A stretch of 64,000 bases of DNA from an uncultured Gammaproteobacteria bacterium (GCA_964560005.1 CAZLKB010000003.1:174951-238950), one strand, 5' to 3'. Shown: positions 20,801 through 31,188, counted from the first letter of the stretch. Translations and numbers: made by a program. The notes: generated by a model not told the origin, from the sequence alone.

Positions 20801-20886
20801 AGTAATATATATATAGTTTGTATATTCCGTATGATACCATTATAACGTCTATAGTGTTACGAAGTCATTGAACCACTTCGTTTTAC

Positions 20887-20916
20887 TTGACAAAATATTA
20901 AAACTATGATTATATA
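20887..20916 (+). promoter_or_regulatory. Candidate promoter for the 62-aa ORF
   Basis: TTGACA - 18 nt - TATATA. Confidence 0.4.
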
Positions 20917-21014
20917 TAATGTTATCCAATTATTAAAATATAATAAATCCCTTCCTAAATCATGTACAAACAAATTAAATATAACAAAAACAACAAGTAA
21001 AGAATGAGAAAATA

Positions 21015-21203
21015 ATGAAAAGAAGATCTTTAATAATCATTGCATTAATCGTTCCCATTGCTGTGGTAACATTCTGGACTGCAGTCCAGAATGCCCTTCA
21101 ACACAAATGGTGGTTATTTGCCTGTAATATCCTAACAATTTTCTGTTCTGTAGGCGTCACAATGCTACAATGGGAAATATATAAAAATACACCTCCCGAC
21201 TAG
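21015..21203 (+). CDS. Orphan 62-aa two-TM membrane peptide
   Basis: Two hydrophobic helices; own promoter-like and terminator signals; AT-rich unlike the flanking pur genes. Confidence 0.45.
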   Translation: MKRRSLIIIALIVPIAVVTFWTAVQNALQHKWWLFACNILTIFCSVGVTMLQWEIYKNTPPD

Positions 21204-21232
21204 AAGGTGTCGAGGAATGCGCCTTGCCAAAT

Positions 21233-21267
21233 CCCGCTATGTCGAAATAAAACTGGCGGGTTTTTTT
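21233..21267 (+). terminator. Terminator after the 62-aa ORF
   Basis: cccgc ... gcggg stem followed by T7. Confidence 0.6.
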
Positions 21268-21316
21268 ATTTGCCTTTTCCGCGCTTTTATACTAATGTTT
21301 AATTAAACAAAAGGAG

Positions 21317-21346
21317 GACCGAACCCAAATAAGGTTTGGTCTTTTT
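21317..21346 (+). terminator. Second stem-loop plus T-run (terminator or attenuator) upstream of the purB unit
   Basis: gaccgaacc ... ggtttggtc stem followed by T5. Confidence 0.4.
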
Positions 21347-21417
21347 GGCCTTTAACAACCCCTAAAATGGGGATAATAGCAAAACAACAAACACCAAAAC
21401 AGAAAGAAAGTAATAAT

Positions 21418-21639
21418 ATGAAAAATGACAATGAAGCGTTTTTACTGTGGATTCAGCGCAAGCATAACTCGGATAGTTTCTGCTCCGAGCTGGTGGAAAC
21501 TTGCAAGATAGAATTTGCCAAGCATGAGGGGCTGGACAACGACGGACGCAGTGCAATTTACCGGACTCAGCGCGAAAAAATCCACACCAAACACCACGCG
21601 AGATTAAAAAAGCATTTGCGAGTCAGATGCAATTCGTAA
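21418..21639 (+). CDS. Orphan 73-aa basic protein
   Basis: ATG preceded by the A/C-rich leader acaccaaaacagaaagaaagtaataat; 40 bp before purB; no family recognised. Confidence 0.4.
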   Translation: MKNDNEAFLLWIQRKHNSDSFCSELVETCKIEFAKHEGLDNDGRSAIYRTQREKIHTKHHARLKKHLRVRCNS

Positions 21640-21679
21640 ATCAGCGACAAAAATCAAAACCAAAAAGAAAGAGAAGAAT

Positions 21680-23305
21680 ATGAAAACTGCATATAAACAC
21701 ACTGAAAAACTATTAAATAGCATGGTTGAAGGCTACGGAACAAATCTTTTACCTTTAGGGGATTTATTTAGGCTAGAACTGTCGAACGAAGATAGACAAA
21801 GACAGAATTCCCCCATTCCGGCGCTTGGTAGATACCATAAAAGTGTCGCTTTCATGGAGAATGTGACCTCGGCCCGGTCAATCGGCAAAAAGAGATTCAT
21901 GGTGCTGATCGCCTACTTCATCGCTTTGAGCAAGCTGATGGCTGGCTACAACGGAAAATTCCGCCGGGTCAGCGGTAAATTAACCAAGGTTGAAATCAAA
22001 TACCTTAAACGGCTCGGCACCGAACCAGAAGAAATCAAAATGGCCGAACAAGTTGAAAAAGTTTCCGAACACGATACGGCGGCCGCCGGAGATTATTTAA
22101 AACTCCGCATCCTTTACGATTATGTGGTCGGCGGCAAGAAAATCCTGGCCAATTTGTGCCGGAAAATCGAAGCCTTCCATTACGCCGCTACCTCCGAAGA
22201 CATTATGAGCGTTGTCTTCGGTCTAATCGCCAATGAGCTGGTTTATGTGCATTTTATGCGCAAGCTCATGGACTTCTGCGACCACATGGTAAGATTCGTG
22301 GAAACATTTCCGCAGCTACTGCTTATGCCGGAGTTAACCCATGATCAGTTCGCCGAACCAACCACCTACGGCAAAAAGGTCGCCAACGCCCTTGAGGCAA
22401 TTAATACGACAATCCATGACCATCTGCTTGAAGGGGAATCTTTCCGAACCTTTACCGCTAAATTCAATGGCGGGATCGGCGGTTTTGTTACTCACTGCGC
22501 CGCCTATCCGGACATTGCTTGGTGGTCTTTTTCCAGAAGGTTTGTCACCGGCTTCGGCCTGCATCATGAAATGATGACTTACCAATGCGTTCCCTACGCC
22601 CGGGAAGCCCAAATCCTCCGGACAATTATGACCATCTTCGATCAAATCGTGAAAATACTGGAGGATTTCATCAAGCTGGCTAGCGCTCCGGCTCATTTCT
22701 TCCAGAAAGAAAAGAAACCTGGCGCCAAAGGATCGTCCTTGATGCCTAAGGTTAACCTCTGGCAGATTGAGGGCGCAATCGTCATGCTGGAAAAAACGCA
22801 GCACAACCTGGCCTTTCTGGCGGAGAAACTGCAAAAATTCCCGCACGCGGGCAACATGAAGAGGTCATTTCTACTCCGCGATATGGGGAATGATTTCATG
22901 CCCGCTTTCATTGCCTTCGACAGAATTATGAAGGAGATGAAGATCTGCATTGCGAACCCGGAACGAATCGAAGCCGCTTTCGCGGCATCTCCGGGTATGG
23001 CCGGCAGTGCCATGCAAACGGTTCTGAAGCGAGAGGGCGCGTCCGGTGACGCTTACCGAATTGTTCAAAAAGCAGCCGTTAATCCAGACGGCAGTTACAA
23101 CAACTCAGAGCAATTTCGCCTCATCTTAGAAAGGGGGATGGACGAAATGAAATTGCGACGAAAGTTAAGGAATGAACTCCTTGGCCTCCTGGATTACAAG
23201 CGCTTAGCCGAACCTAGCCGCCAAATGGCAGAAAAATGCCTGGCTCGGTTGAAGAGAAGCTTCGCGGATTACAGGAAACGCACCAACACAATAAAAACCT
23301 TCTAA
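21680..23305 (+). CDS. purB: Adenylosuccinate lyase, long variant (541 aa)
   Basis: Aligns by eye with E. coli-type PurB: ALGRY, SEHDTAAAGDYL, ATSEDI, LTHDQFAEPTTYGKK, FNGGIGGFVTHCAAYPDIAW, signature loop GSSLMPKVN. Confidence 0.86.
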   Translation: MKTAYKHTEKLLNSMVEGYGTNLLPLGDLFRLELSNEDRQRQNSPIPALGRYHKSVAFMENVTSARSIGKKRFMVLIAYFIALSKLMAGYNGKFRRVSGKLTKVEIKYLKRLGTEPEEIKMAEQVEKVSEHDTAAAGDYLKLRILYDYVVGGKKILANLCRKIEAFHYAATSEDIMSVVFGLIANELVYVHFMRKLMDFCDHMVRFVETFPQLLLMPELTHDQFAEPTTYGKKVANALEAINTTIHDHLLEGESFRTFTAKFNGGIGGFVTHCAAYPDIAWWSFSRRFVTGFGLHHEMMTYQCVPYAREAQILRTIMTIFDQIVKILEDFIKLASAPAHFFQKEKKPGAKGSSLMPKVNLWQIEGAIVMLEKTQHNLAFLAEKLQKFPHAGNMKRSFLLRDMGNDFMPAFIAFDRIMKEMKICIANPERIEAAFAASPGMAGSAMQTVLKREGASGDAYRIVQKAAVNPDGSYNNSEQFRLILERGMDEMKLRRKLRNELLGLLDYKRLAEPSRQMAEKCLARLKRSFADYRKRTNTIKTF

Positions 23306-23342
23306 GGAAGGCAAACAACAAATCAAAAACAAAAAAAACACA

Positions 23343-23873
23343 ATGAAAAAAAGAATCGTCGCAATCATTATTGGATCAAAAAGTGACGCACCGCAATGCC
23401 TAGAGGGTGCATTGTGGCTTCAAGAGCAACAGACTAAGGGCTTAGTCCATGTCTACCGAGCATATGTCAAAAGCACGCACAGGCACAAAAAAAAGCTGCT
23501 TTGGCTTCTCGACAGTCTTCACTATGCCGACCCGGAAAAAAAGGTTGATGTCATTATCGCCGGCGCAGGCAAGGCTGCGGCTCTCCCGGGAGACATTGAC
23601 GCCTATCTAAGAAACGAACTCGGCGACACCAGTATAAAGGTTGTCGGCGTGGCCTTCAAAAGCAAAACCAAAGGGGACGACGAGGCTGCGGCCTTAAGCA
23701 TCACCAAGGTTCCCGGCACTCAGGTAACTTACGCCGGCCAGGGAGAGGCGGGATTCTTAAAGGCCTGCAAAATGGCCTTAGACGACTCGCTACCGGAAAT
23801 CCATCTAGCGGAAATTCCGCCCAGCCTAGACCTGAACCTTGCTCAATTCATCGAGCTGGCAGAGCAACAGTAG
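23343..23873 (+). CDS. PurE-family protein (AIR carboxylase / N5-CAIR mutase fold) with atypical motifs
   Basis: IIIGSKSDAPQ, VKSTHRHK (canonical SAHRTP), DVIIAGAGKAAALPG (canonical AAHLPG). Confidence 0.72.
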   Translation: MKKRIVAIIIGSKSDAPQCLEGALWLQEQQTKGLVHVYRAYVKSTHRHKKKLLWLLDSLHYADPEKKVDVIIAGAGKAAALPGDIDAYLRNELGDTSIKVVGVAFKSKTKGDDEAAALSITKVPGTQVTYAGQGEAGFLKACKMALDDSLPEIHLAEIPPSLDLNLAQFIELAEQQ

Positions 23874-23955
23874 TAAACACCTCCACGGCTCGCCTGAGTG
23901 AAACAAGCCCGGGCGAGCCGGCAAATCAAAAACACAAACCAAAGAAAGAAAATAA

Positions 23956-24867
23956 ATGAAAACAAAACCAATGCTTAAATGCAATTTCCCGTTGCTGGGA
24001 ACGCCCCATCAAGGCAAGGTCAGAGACATGTTCGACCTGGTTCCCTACATGCTCATGGTCGCTACCGACCGTATTTCGGCCTTTGATGTGATCTTGCCCA
24101 ACGGCATCCCGCGCAAAGGCGAAGTCTTAACCCAATTGTCGGCGCTTTGGCTGAAACAGCTGGCCGGAGTCATGCCCAACCAGTTGGTTTCCTGCGACCC
24201 GCGCGAATACCCGAAAATCTGCCGTCCATATAGGCAGGAATTGGATGGCCGCAGTATGCTGGTCCATAAAGCCATACCATTTGAGGTAGAGTGCGTTGTC
24301 CGCGGATACCTGGCCGGCTCGAGCTGGAAATCGTATCAGAACGACAAAACCATCTGCGGTATTCAGCTGCCACCCTGGCTCAAGGAATCGGATAAATTAC
24401 CTGAACCGATATTCACTCCTGCGACCAAGGCTCCGGGCGGCGCTCACGACGAGAATATCAACTTTGAGCGCATGATAAGAATAGTCGGCTGGAGGAACGC
24501 AACTCTTCTGAAACTGGCAAGCCTGGTGCTGTACGACCGCGCCCAAAGACTGGCCGAACCGGCCGGCATTATCATCGCCGACACCAAGTTTGAGTTCGGA
24601 CTTGGCCCTGACGGCGAGATCATCTTAATCGACGAAGTTCTGACCCCGGATTCATCCCGTTTCTGGCCGGCTGATCAATACAGGCCCGGCGGTCCCCAGT
24701 CGAGCTTTGATAAACAGTTCGTCCGAGACTACCTGGAAGAGGTCGGCTGGAACAAACGGCCGCCCGCGCCAAAACTACCGGAGCGAGTCGTTCGAAAAAC
24801 CAGCGAAAAATACCTAGAAGCCTACGAACGCTTAGCCAAGGTACTGGCATATCACCAGGAGGAATAA
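23956..24867 (+). CDS. purC: SAICAR synthetase (long form)
   Basis: GKVRDMFD, VATDRISAFDVILPNGIPRKG, IIADTKFEFG, LIDEVLTPDSSRFW. Confidence 0.93.
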   Translation: MKTKPMLKCNFPLLGTPHQGKVRDMFDLVPYMLMVATDRISAFDVILPNGIPRKGEVLTQLSALWLKQLAGVMPNQLVSCDPREYPKICRPYRQELDGRSMLVHKAIPFEVECVVRGYLAGSSWKSYQNDKTICGIQLPPWLKESDKLPEPIFTPATKAPGGAHDENINFERMIRIVGWRNATLLKLASLVLYDRAQRLAEPAGIIIADTKFEFGLGPDGEIILIDEVLTPDSSRFWPADQYRPGGPQSSFDKQFVRDYLEEVGWNKRPPAPKLPERVVRKTSEKYLEAYERLAKVLAYHQEE

Positions 24868-24873
24868 ACACAA

Positions 24874-24909
24874 AGGACACTAAGCTTAAAAGCTCGTGTC
24901 CTTTTTTTT
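24874..24909 (+). terminator. Terminator closing the pur block
   Basis: aggacac ... gtgtcct stem followed by T7. Confidence 0.8.
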
Positions 24910-24921
24910 ATGAAAAAATTT

Positions 24922-27189
24922 TTATTTACTTAACTCCCCTATCTTTTTCTCCATCTCCGCATTCCCCGGATTCAATTCCAAAACTTTCTGATAATATTTT
25001 AAAGCTTCTTCAGTATCGCCCTTGGCCTCATAAGCGACGGCTAAACTATATAAGCTGTTGGAATGCTTTGGAGAAATTGTTAAAACCAGCTTAAACCTGA
25101 CTATGGCTTTATCAATTTCTTTATGATTAAAATAATATCTGCCCAGTTCATAATAAACCTCCACGCTCTCAACCTCGCCCGCCAGCTCATTCAATAGCGC
25201 CAGGGCTTGATTATCTTTTTTATTGCTTAAATAAATTTTAGCCAAGCCGAATTTAGCTTCATAATAATCGCTCTTTAGCTCTAAAGCCCTATTATAATAT
25301 TTTTCCGCATTAACCGGGTCGTTATTGTTGGCATAGGCTTTAGCCAGCTCGGCGGCCAAGACCGGATTAGTCGGTTCAAGCGAAACGGCTCGGCTGAAAT
25401 ATTTAACCGCCCAAGCCTCGCTGCCTTGAGTTAACGGCCTGATATCGCGGTATATCATGCCCAAGGTTTCCTGGGGTAGGACGGAGTTAGGCGCTAAAAC
25501 CTCGGCTTGCCCGGCTAGCGCCAAGGCCTGGGCGATATTCGCTTGGATATTCGCGTTATCTCTTTGTTCAATCGGTTTTAGAGCTTCCGCCTTAGTTTTA
25601 TTTAAATAAAAATCGGCTAGGCTTATCCTAAAATTATAGCGGTAAGGATTTAATTTAACCGCGGCCGTTAAGTTGGCCTGGCGATTCAGCCTTTTTGAGG
25701 CGAAAATATCGGCGATAAAAAATCTGATTTCAAAAACCAAGAGTACGGCCCAAAGCGCGATTAAAAAAAATAAAACTAAATAAAATAGCCAATGGAATAT
25801 ATCGATTTTCTTTAAATCAATTATTTTTTCTTTAAAAACAACCTGATTCCGGCTTTGCCAAAAGGCGATGATTAAGCTTAAACAGAACCAAAAAATAAAA
25901 TTTAAAACCGTGTTGGTAAAAGAAAATAACCGGGCAAAAAATATTAAAATAAAAACGATCAACAGGCCGGCGATTAGATAATAATCTTGATTAGATAAGG
26001 CCGCCGGCAGGCCTTTCAGATGCTGCCTGATTAAAACGATATTTAAATAAATCACTAAGCTGATTATTAAAAAATAGCTTAGCGCGGTCAAACCGCCGGC
26101 GGTTGCCAGCATCTCTAAAAAATTTGAACTGCTTTTATCAAACCTAATCTGCCAAAAAGCGCTTTGGTTTAATTCGGCCGGACGGTAAAGAGAAAAGCCG
26201 TAGGCAAATGTTCCCGGGCCGCTGCCAAGCGCCGGATACTGCTTAACCGCTTCTTCGGTGATCGCAAGAGATTGATCGTGTGTCAATAAAATTTCTCCGG
26301 GTAAATCCTGTCCCGTGGCTCTTTTTACTAAATTTACATTAGGCCAAGCCAGCATAACCACCGCTATTAGCAATAAAATCGCGGGAATTAACAGCTGGTA
26401 ATTTAAGATCGCCTTAAGCTTGCCTCTTTGATCCAGCCAGTAGAAAAAAATTATTAAAATAGCGCCCAGACCGAGTAGAGCCCAAATTAAATAATAATTA
26501 ATGAACAGTAAAATTATTAAAAAAATCGCTAAAACTGCGCTGAAAAAAATATGGCTATGCTTTTTAAGACTATTTTGAGTTAAAAAATCAGCCAAGCCGA
26601 TTGAGACGAAGGCTAAAAAAATTCCCAAGGCGATGAGCGAACTGCCGGCTAAATTAAATAATCCGGCTGAAAAAAAGTTTACCCATCTATCCGCGGCCGC
26701 GCTTAGCCAGCCGAAGACGGAGAAAAGAAATACAACGGCAACGACCGCCGAAGAATAAAACAATATTTTTAATAAATCAATGATTTTTTTTGTGCTGTCG
26801 GCGATCTCGCTGTTAATTATTAAAAAATAAAGGATTACCAGGCTGAATAAACCCAGCCAGGCATCGGTTGAGCGTCCGAAATAACCGAAAAAAGACGAGA
26901 AACGGTCAAGGCTGAGCCAAGAAGCGGCTAGAGCCAATAATAAAAAAATTAAGACCGGTAAATTCAACGGATTAATTTTCAATTTTAATTGTCCCGGCGC
27001 CAAGGCTTTAATCAGCCAAAGGAAAAGCGCCAGAGGCATAGTGAGCCAAAGCAAAAACTGCTTATTAAACTCAAAATATTCACTCGTCCAAGGTAAAAAA
27101 AACAAAGGCAGGAGAAAAATTGTCGCCTTTATTAATATTACAACAGATTTATCTAATTTATTGATAATCTTATCTGCCATCACATTCAA
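24922..27189 (-). CDS. Polytopic membrane protein, O-antigen ligase/polymerase-like, with C-terminal TPR repeats
   Basis: More than 12 TM helices then repeated A..YY..A...P TPR-like units (AEKYYNRALELKSDYYEA, ALKYYQKVLELNPGNAE). Confidence 0.7.
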   Translation of the reverse strand: MNVMADKIINKLDKSVVILIKATIFLLPLFFLPWTSEYFEFNKQFLLWLTMPLALFLWLIKALAPGQLKLKINPLNLPVLIFLLLALAASWLSLDRFSSFFGYFGRSTDAWLGLFSLVILYFLIINSEIADSTKKIIDLLKILFYSSAVVAVVFLFSVFGWLSAAADRWVNFFSAGLFNLAGSSLIALGIFLAFVSIGLADFLTQNSLKKHSHIFFSAVLAIFLIILLFINYYLIWALLGLGAILIIFFYWLDQRGKLKAILNYQLLIPAILLLIAVVMLAWPNVNLVKRATGQDLPGEILLTHDQSLAITEEAVKQYPALGSGPGTFAYGFSLYRPAELNQSAFWQIRFDKSSSNFLEMLATAGGLTALSYFLIISLVIYLNIVLIRQHLKGLPAALSNQDYYLIAGLLIVFILIFFARLFSFTNTVLNFIFWFCLSLIIAFWQSRNQVVFKEKIIDLKKIDIFHWLFYLVLFFLIALWAVLLVFEIRFFIADIFASKRLNRQANLTAAVKLNPYRYNFRISLADFYLNKTKAEALKPIEQRDNANIQANIAQALALAGQAEVLAPNSVLPQETLGMIYRDIRPLTQGSEAWAVKYFSRAVSLEPTNPVLAAELAKAYANNNDPVNAEKYYNRALELKSDYYEAKFGLAKIYLSNKKDNQALALLNELAGEVESVEVYYELGRYYFNHKEIDKAIVRFKLVLTISPKHSNSLYSLAVAYEAKGDTEEALKYYQKVLELNPGNAEMEKKIGELSK

Positions 27190-27305
27190 TGAAAAATTAA
27201 AATTTCAAAATGTAAAATGACAATGCAAAATGTAAAATTATTTTTATTTAGACATTTTAAACTTTTAATTGTCACTTTTAATTTTGATTTTTACATTTTA
27301 AATTT
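27190..27305. repeat. AT-rich word dyad (TGTAAAAT / AAAATGACA family)
   Basis: aaaatgtaaaatgacaatgcaaaatgtaaaatt ... aattgtcacttttaattttgatttttacatttt. Confidence 0.65.
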
Positions 27306-28367
27306 TTACCCCTCTTCCCTTATTGCCTTCCTGCCTTCTTCCCGACTATCAAAAATATCCTTGATAAAAACCGCTAAAGCCGTGGCCACCGGGATGGAAA
27401 GAATGGCGCCGATAACGCCGGCTAATTTAAAACCGGCCAGCATGGCTAGAATGCTGATGATCGGATTCAAACCCACCGCTTTTTCCATTATTTTCGGATA
27501 GAGAAAATTGCCTTCTATAAACTGTATGATATAAAATAATATTATAACGAAAACAGCCAACAGCGGCGCCTGGGTAAAAGCGATAAAAACCGCCGGCAGC
27601 GAGCCGAAAACCGCCCCCATATAAGGTATGAAGGAAAACAAACCGACTAAGATAGCCAGTATCAAGGCGTAATTAACCCCCAAAATCAAGAGTCCGATGT
27701 AGGTCGCGATGGCTAAGACCAGCCCTAAAATAAGCTGCCCCCTTAACCAATAGCCCATCTTAATTTGCACCCGGTTAACCAACTGCATGATATAGGACTG
27801 ATGCTTTTCCGGCGCCACGGACCAAACCAGTTTCTTCATAGCGCTTTCCTCCACCACCATGTAAAAAGTCAAAACTAAAATTAAAATAAAAGAAACGATG
27901 CCGCCGAAAATATTGGTTACCGTGAAAAAAATTCCTGAAGCCGTTGTTTGCAAATAGTTGGACAGAAGATCCAAGGACCCTTGGAACTTATCGGCCGCGC
28001 CGTATTTTAACGAGTAGTCTCTTAAATCGCTGAATTTTGAATAAAGAGATTCAAAATAGCGCGGGAAATTACTGGAAAGATCGTTAATTTCTTTCATGAT
28101 TACCGGAATAATCAGATACAAGGCCATTCCCAGGATGGCGAAAACCACGAAATATAAAAACAGCACGCTCAGCGAACGCGGGATTTTCTTTTTCTTGAGC
28201 CAGTCAACCCAGGGATTTAAGGCGCTGGCGAAAACCAAGGAGACAAAAAAGAGAATCAGGATATCGCCGACTAAATATAAAAAATACAGCAAAACAAAAA
28301 TCGCGATTATTTTTATTATGGTGGAGCTGGAAATATTAATATTGACCGGATGCTTGTTGAACTCCAT
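27306..28367 (-). CDS. AI-2E family transporter (PerM/UPF0118)
   Basis: 8 TM layout, FIPYMGAVFGSLPAV motif; start moved to Met37 (Met24 at 28406 also possible) because a terminator hairpin lies in the longer ORF. Confidence 0.83.
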   Translation of the reverse strand: MEFNKHPVNINISSSTIIKIIAIFVLLYFLYLVGDILILFFVSLVFASALNPWVDWLKKKKIPRSLSVLFLYFVVFAILGMALYLIIPVIMKEINDLSSNFPRYFESLYSKFSDLRDYSLKYGAADKFQGSLDLLSNYLQTTASGIFFTVTNIFGGIVSFILILVLTFYMVVEESAMKKLVWSVAPEKHQSYIMQLVNRVQIKMGYWLRGQLILGLVLAIATYIGLLILGVNYALILAILVGLFSFIPYMGAVFGSLPAVFIAFTQAPLLAVFVIILFYIIQFIEGNFLYPKIMEKAVGLNPIISILAMLAGFKLAGVIGAILSIPVATALAVFIKDIFDSREEGRKAIREEG

Positions 28368-28424
28368 ATCATTATAATTAATCTTTATGCTATAATTATA
28401 AAACATTAAATGAATTTCAGCAAT

Positions 28425-28478
28425 AAAAAAGAGCCTTGGCGGATAGTTCGTTAAATGGTAACGAATCTCCGCCAAGGC
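28425..28478 (-). terminator. Strong rho-independent terminator on the - strand
   Basis: gccttggcgga / tccgccaaggc 11-bp stem extended by ttcgtta/taacgaa; T6 follows on the - strand. Confidence 0.75.
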
Positions 28479-28492
28479 GTTGATGCAAGGTG

Positions 28493-28699
28493 CTATTGCG
28501 CCAGCAGACGCTGCGATATTGCACGGATATGTTGCGTACCCGTTTCGGGCATTTGAGTTATAAGCTTTCTGGCCTCAAGCCGACCCCCTTCGCTCAAAGC
28601 GTTGCGCGCTAAGAGCAGCAACGCCGTCGCCATGATGGCGGATACAGCTGGCGAGACACATTTTGGAAACCAGCAAAAGAGCCTGCAAGTTATCGCCAA
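28493..28699 (-). CDS. Possible small protein (46-68 aa) in a GC-rich island; could be ncRNA or a gene remnant
   Basis: ORF ends 15 nt before the terminator; internal ATG gives MATALLLLARNALSEGGRLEARKL...; no RBS or family recognised. Confidence 0.3.
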   Translation of the reverse strand: MAITCRLFCWFPKCVSPAVSAIMATALLLLARNALSEGGRLEARKLITQMPETGTQHIRAISQRLLAQ

Positions 28700-28800
28700 A
28701 CTGGGGTGGTTCCCTCGGCTAACAAAATAGCCAAATAGCCATTTTAAACCACGCGCCGCGGCGGTTCGTCACTAAGACGACCCCACGGCTTTTTTTAATT

Positions 28801-28958
28801 GCAAATTAAAAGCGAATTAAACACGAATATATCGCTAATTAAATGCGAATTCAGCGAATAAAAACAGGCGTGGAGTAATTCCCGCGCCTGTTTTGGGCAA
28901 ATTATAAAATTCGCTAAATTCGCATTTCATTCGTTCTTATTCGCTTTTCATTCGCGAT
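28801..28958. repeat. Word dyad (CGAAT family) around the groEL terminator
   Basis: gcgaattaaacacgaat...gcgaattcagcgaat versus attcgctaaattcgcatttcattcg...; central hairpin caggcg..cgcctg (28860-28891) with a T-run on the - strand. Confidence 0.7.
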
Positions 28959-30740
<1,782 letters not shown>

Positions 30741-31031
30741 TTATTCTAGTACCGCTAATATATCACTTTCGGAAATTATAAGATATTCCACTCCGTCAAC
30801 CTTGACTTCGTCCGGAGAATATTTTTTAAACATAACCTTGTCGCCGACTTTTACGGACATCTTGGCCGTCTGGCCATTGTCCAGCATCTTGCCAGAGCCT
30901 ACGGCCACGACTTCGCCTTTTTCCGGCTTTTCTTTATCCACCGTATCAGGCAAAACTATGCCCGACTTGGTAACTTCGTCTTGAACGATTGGCTTCACGA
31001 TAATGTGATCGCCTAAGGGTTTTAATTTCAT
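30741..31031 (-). CDS. groES: Co-chaperonin GroES
   Basis: MKLKPLGDHIIVKP..., mobile loop; start moved to Met16 because upstream codons are a word repeat. Confidence 0.95.
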   Translation of the reverse strand: MKLKPLGDHIIVKPIVQDEVTKSGIVLPDTVDKEKPEKGEVVAVGSGKMLDNGQTAKMSVKVGDKVMFKKYSPDEVKVDGVEYLIISESDILAVLE

Positions 31032-31070
31032 AAATCTCATAACTCGTAGCGCGTAACTCATAACTCGATT

Positions 31071-31112
31071 TGTCATTGCGAGGAGCCCGTAATCAGGCGA
31101 CGAAGCAATCTC
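31071..31112. repeat. TGTCAT-type hairpin element in the groES leader
   Basis: tgtcattgcgaggagcccgtaatcaggcgacgaagcaatctc. Confidence 0.7.
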
Positions 31113-31161
31113 ACGAATATTTATTACACGCTCAAGTTTTATTAATTATTAATTTTTCTTT

Positions 31162-31188
31162 TTAGCACTTAAGCAGTCAGAGTGCTAA
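31162..31188. promoter_or_regulatory. CIRCE operator (HrcA binding site)
   Basis: TTAGCACTT-N9-GAGTGCTAA versus consensus TTAGCACTC-N9-GAGTGCTAA, directly downstream of the groES promoter. Confidence 0.88.

Noticed and set aside
19129-24909. Calling the pur block a bona fide genomic island or prophage remnant.
   Set aside because: There is no integrase, no transposase and no direct repeat of the tRNA 3' end in the window. GC content is as high in core cytosolic genes (gyrB, groEL, atpD). It is reported only as a hypothesis.
28479-28795. Considered as tmRNA because of GGGGTCG near the - strand 5' end and CGACCCC elsewhere.
   Set aside because: There is no T-arm, no 3' CCA acceptor pairing and no plausible tag ORF. 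The complementary segments lie on the wrong strands to pair.
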